Source of the DNA: Ranitomeya imitator
Lineage: Eukaryota
Length of the DNA: 64,000 bases
Assembly: GCF_032444005.1 (NCBI RefSeq)
Contig: NC_091291.1
Location: forward strand, 7,998,001 to 8,062,000
Direction of reading: 5' to 3'
Every line of letters starts with the position of its first letter. Position 1 is the stretch's first letter. The notes beneath the pieces are model-generated. The model was not told where the DNA came from and did no database searches. It was given only the letters and a program-made list of their open reading frames with translations. Made by a program: the position numbers and the translations under genes. This document shows positions 59,401 through 64,000 of the stretch, one piece after another.

Positions 59401-62400
59401 AGAATAGTGAGTGCAGCTCTGGAGTATAATACAGGAGGTAACTCAGGATCAGTAATGTAATGTATGTACACAGTGACTGCACCAGCAGAATAGTGAGTGC
59501 AGCTCTGGAGTATAATACAGGAGGTAACTCAGGATCAGTAATGTAATGTATGTACACAGTGACTGCACCAGCAGAATAGTGAGTGCAGCTCTGGGGTATA
59601 ATACAGGATGTAACTCAGGATCAGTAATGTACTGTATGTACACAGTGACTGAACCAGCAGAATAGTGAGTGCAGCTCTGGGGTATAATACAGGATGTAAC
59701 TCAGGATCAGTAATGTAATGTATGTACACAGTGACTGCACCAGCAAAATAGTGAGTGCAGCCCTGGGGTATAATACAGGATATAACTCAGGATCAGTAAT
59801 GTAATGTATGTACACAGTGACTGCACCAGCAGAATAGTGAGTGCAGCTCTGGGGTATAATACAAGATGTAACTCAGGATCAGTATTGTTATGTATGTACA
59901 CAGTGACTGCACCAGCAGAATAGTGAGTGCAGCTCTGGAGTATAATACAGGAGGTAACTCAGGATCAGTAATGTAATATATGTACACAGTGACTGAACCA
60001 GCAGAATAGTGAGTGCAGCTCTGGGGTATAATACAGGATGTAACTCAGGATCAGTATTGTAATGTATGTGCACAGTGACTGAACCAGCAGAATAGTGAGT
60101 GCAGCTCTGGGGTATAATACAGGATGTAACTCAGGATCAGTAATGTAATGTATGTACACAGTGTCTGAATCAGCAGAATAGTGAGTGCAGCTCTGGGGTA
60201 TAATACAGGATGTAACTCAGGATCAGTAATGTATGTACACAGTGACTGCACCAGCAGAATAGTGAGTGCAGCTCTGGGGTATAATACAGGATGTAACTCA
60301 GGATCAGTAATGTAATGTATGTACACAGTGACTGCACCAGCAGAATAGTGAGTGCAGCTCTGGAGTATAATACAGGATGTATCTCAGGATCAGTAATGTA
60401 ATGTATGTACACAGTGACTGCACCAGCAGAATAGTGAGTGCAGCTCCGGAGTATAATACAGGATGTAACTCAGGATCAGTAATGTAATGTATGTACACAG
60501 TGACTGAACCAGCAGAATAGTGAGTGCAGCTCTGGGGTATAATACAGGATGTAACTCAGGATCAGTAATGTAATGTATGTACACAGTGACTGCACCAGCA
60601 AAATAGTGAGTGCAGCTCTGGGGTATAATACAGGATGTAACTCAGGATCAGTAATGTAATGTATGTACACAGTGACTGCACCAGCAGAATAGTGAGTGCA
60701 GCTCCGGAGTATAATACAGGATATAACTCAGGATCAGTAATGTAATGTATGTACACAGTGACTGCACCAGCAGAATAGTGAGTGCAGCTCTGGGGTATAA
60801 TACAAGATGTAACTCAGGATCAGTATTGTAATGTATGTACACAGTGACTGCACCAGCAGAATAGTGAGTGCAGCTCTGGGGTATAATACAGGATGTAACT
60901 CAGGATCAGTAATGTAATGTATGTACACAGTGACTGCACCAGCAGAATAGTGAGTGCAGCTCTGGGGTATAATACAAGATGTAACTCAGGATCAGTATTG
61001 TAATGTATGTACACAGTGACTGCACCAGCAGAATAGTGAGTGCAGCTCTGGGGTATAATACAGGATGTAACTCAGTATCAGTAATGTATGTACACAGTGA
61101 CTGCACCAGCAGAATAGTGAGTGCAGCTCTGGGGTATAATACAGGATGTAACTCAGGATCAGTAATGTAATGTATGTACACAGTGACTGCACCAGCAGAA
61201 TAGTGAGTGCAGCTCTGGGGTATAATACAGGATGTAACTCAGGATCAGTAATGTATGTACACAGTGACTGCACCAGCAGAATAGTGAGCGCAGCTCTGGG
61301 GTATAATACAGGATATAACTCAGGATCAGTAATGTATGTACACAGTGACTGCACCAGCAAAATAGTGAGTGCAGCTCTGGGGTATAATACAGGATATAAC
61401 TCAGGATCAGTAATTTATGTACACAGTGACTGCACCAGCAGAATAGCGAGCGCAGCTCTGGGGTATAATACAGGAGGTAACTCAGGATCAGTAATGTAAT
61501 GTATGTACACAGTGACTGCACCAGCAGAATAGTGAGTGCAGCTCTGGGGTATAATACAGGATGTAACTCAGGATCAGTAATGTATGTACACAGTGACTGC
61601 ACCAGCAGAATAGTGAGTTCAGCTCTGGAGTATAATACAGGATGTAACTCGGGATCAGTAATGTAATGTATGTACACAGAGACTGCACCAGCAGAATAGT
61701 GAGTGCAGCTCTGGAGTATAATACAGGATGTAACTCAGGATCAGTAATGTAATGTATGTACACAGTGACTGCACCAGCAGAATAGTGAGTGCAGCTCTGG
61801 GGTATAATACAGGAGGTAACTCAGGATCAGTAATGTATGTACACAGTGACTGCACCAGCAGAATAGTGAGTGCAGCTCTGGAGTATAATACAGGCTGTAA
61901 CTCAGGATCAGTAATGTATGTACACAGAGACTGCACCAGCAGAACAGTGAGTGCAGCTCTGGAGTATAATACAGGATGTAACTCAGGATCAGTAATGTAA
62001 TGTATCTACACAGTGACTGCACCAGCAGAACAGTGAGTGCAGCTCTGGAGTATAATACAGGATCAGTAATGTCCTGGGTTTTGGGCAGAGTTGCCCGTTA
62101 ACCACATTGTGATGTAACTACAGGTACATAGCCCGGTTTCGCAGTGGGGGTCCCACCAGTCGCAGGGAGCGATCTCCCCCACATTTCGGGCTGAGAGACT
62201 TTTGGTGGCTGCAGGACTCCTCTTCCAGTCCAGAGATGCCGCGGTTTCGTCCAGACTCAGGTGGGTTTCGCTCCCCGGCGTTAGTGGAGGAATGAGGACA
62301 TTAGTGGTGAGGTCGGGGTGATGACATCATATCCTTCTCCTGTAATTAATATCACTCTCCTCCGACCTTTCACGCTGTGGTTGTGGGGTCCGGAGTAGTG

Positions 62401-63913
62401 AGGGGGTCTTTGTGTGACTAGTGTCTGGGATTATTGCCTCCTGAGTACCTGGTGCTGTTGTTCTGTTGCAGGGACCTCGGCTCCTCTGGGGTCTTCTCCT
62501 CACATTCTGGAGCGGACGCCCCCTCCGGCGGTGAGTTACTGTTGTATCGTGCGATATGTCGGAGGTCGGGGGGTTTCTAAGCTTTGTCCCATATTCCCTT
62601 TTTCCCAGGACTGCTCAGTGGACGACTCCGGGCTTTGTCCTGATGACGTGGACATTGCCGGCCTCCAGCTCCGAGCAGGGAAGCTGATCCTGCAGAGGTG
62701 AGCGCCCGAGCAATCCAGAAAAAGCACTATAGTACGGTAATAAAGGCGACCCCGATATTAAGTGCACGCAACTGCGGCCCTGACTGACAGAAAAATAAAC
62801 TTTGCATAAATGAATAGTAGAACCGAATATGAGCAACTTTGTAATTTATTTTATCAGAGAAATCTGCTTCTATCTCCACTTATGAGCCACTTCTCCTCAT
62901 TCCTCACTGATAAAACTGCTAGGATCAGCAGCATGCCAACTCACTAAGGGATCTGCTTACAGCTGCCCATTGAAGTCTATGGAGAGGGCAAATGGGAAGG
63001 AGCCAAGGGAGACAGTGTTGTTGCTTTATAGGAAGAGTTTTATCTAGCCCCAAAGCTGGATTCACAGCTGTAGTTCTGTACAATGTCTTCCACAACGCTG
63101 TTTTTTTTGTTTTTAGTGTTTTATCTCACCATGGTGGAGGATATACAGATATACTGCTGTATAATTAGCTCGTTGCTGCTGCTTTTTAGTGTTTTTTTTT
63201 ATCTCACCATGGTGCAGAATACACAGTTACACTTCTCAATTCTGCTGTATAATGTCCTCCATGCTGCTTCTGGTGTAAGTGTTCCTCGCCACAGTCCTGG
63301 GATTCACATCTACACTTCTGAGTCATGTCCACCACGCTGCTGCTTTCTATTAAGGCTTTTATCTTGGCGCAGGGCTGGATTCACAGATGCATTGCTCTGT
63401 ACTGCTTCACAACCCAAAAAATTTGAGAAAGACTCTGCAGATGGGATAGGACACCGCTGGGAAAGCCATGGTCTACATATTTTTGTTGTTGTTGTCCTTT
63501 TTGTCTTGTGGCAGCGAGTCGTCCCTGAGCAGCGTGGGCCCCGTGAGCTCCGAAGGTCTGGGGTCTTCTCCGGTGTCCAATGTCTCCAGCTCAGATGGTG
63601 ACGGCAGTGGCAGGACGAGACCACCCCCGCTGGACACTGGTAATGATAGGACTAGCTCATACATGCTGGACTTCATTGGCCTGGAGAATGTAACCCCCTA
63701 TGTGTTCTGTTTTTATTCCTAATGTTAGCCCCTGTCATGCCTGTTTCACGCCCGATCCTCACTCCCATCCGAGCCCACCCTACACCGGCCCCCGAGGAAG
63801 ACATCTTATATCAGTGGCGATTGCGCAGGAAGATGGAACAAGCACGAGAAGGGACGATGCAGGTCTCCACCCGCAAGCGCAGCCCATCTCCACCCCTCCG
63901 AATTCCCAGACAG
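56412..63913 (+). CDS. PROSER3: Proline and serine-rich protein 3, 5' part; 3'-partial
   Basis: Exons 56412-56422, 58363-58471, 58584-58846, 62124-62260, 62472-62530, 62609-62697, 63515-63639, 63729-63913. Conserved blocks ESWPS, SVLARYIARFR, DFWWLQ, LQLRAGKL, PEEDILYQWRLRRKMEQA; position after HSPB6/LIN37. Confidence 0.85.
56752..58230 (-). mobile_element. Degenerate Tc1 element in a PROSER3 intron
   Basis: TA-flanked ~30-bp TIRs CAGTGG(G/C)..(T/C)AAAAGTCT(A/G)GGC.CCCCTG with ~5 mismatches. Broken transposase PTIKHGGGSIMLWGC...MDSMKFQQIL at ~57180-57500. Confidence 0.85.
58864..62072 (-). repeat. 86/81-bp satellite array (same family as 28915-33395, opposite orientation)
   Basis: Reverse complement of the same unit, ~38 copies; fills PROSER3 intron 58847-62123. 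Confidence 0.96.
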
Positions 63914-64000
63914 GTAGGTATAGCAGGGCACAAGTGGCCCTGGTGGTCTAGTATCCCTCTCATTGATCCGCTACACAATCATCAATATTCGTCTTCTGTC

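Noticed and set aside
28915-62072. Idea that the inverted 86-bp arrays are the breakpoints of the HSPB6-LIN37 inversion
   Set aside because: The second array lies inside a PROSER3 coding intron, and PROSER3 exons on both sides of it are collinear on +.

Overview
Vertebrate genomic DNA, most likely from a frog (inferred from T2-type MITEs, CR1, Neptune-like Penelope elements and anuran-type satellites). It is syntenic with the human 19q13.12 cluster: 3' end of KMT2B (+), U2AF1L4 (-), PSENEN (+), HSPB6 (+), LIN37 (-) and the 5' part of PROSER3 (+). All exon chains were traced by hand from splice sites and reading frame. Roughly half the window is tandem repeat, and nearly all long ORFs in the ORF track are artefacts of these arrays. 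Main surprises: (1) a 724-bp non-coding insertion with a 14-bp TSD carries a complete extended type I hammerhead ribozyme on each strand plus an octamer/PSE-like snRNA-type promoter, i.e. a satellite-2/retrozyme-like self-cleaving RNA element; (2) a complete Kir3/GIRK-like potassium channel gene is nested antisense inside U2AF1L4 intron 5, with an Arg next to the selectivity filter and a GC-AG intron; (3) a 5.9-kb minisatellite arose from the TVKHGGGSVM codons of a Tc1 transposase fossil; (4) there is an intact DD34E Tc1 element; (5) HSPB6-LIN37 is inverted relative to the human order.
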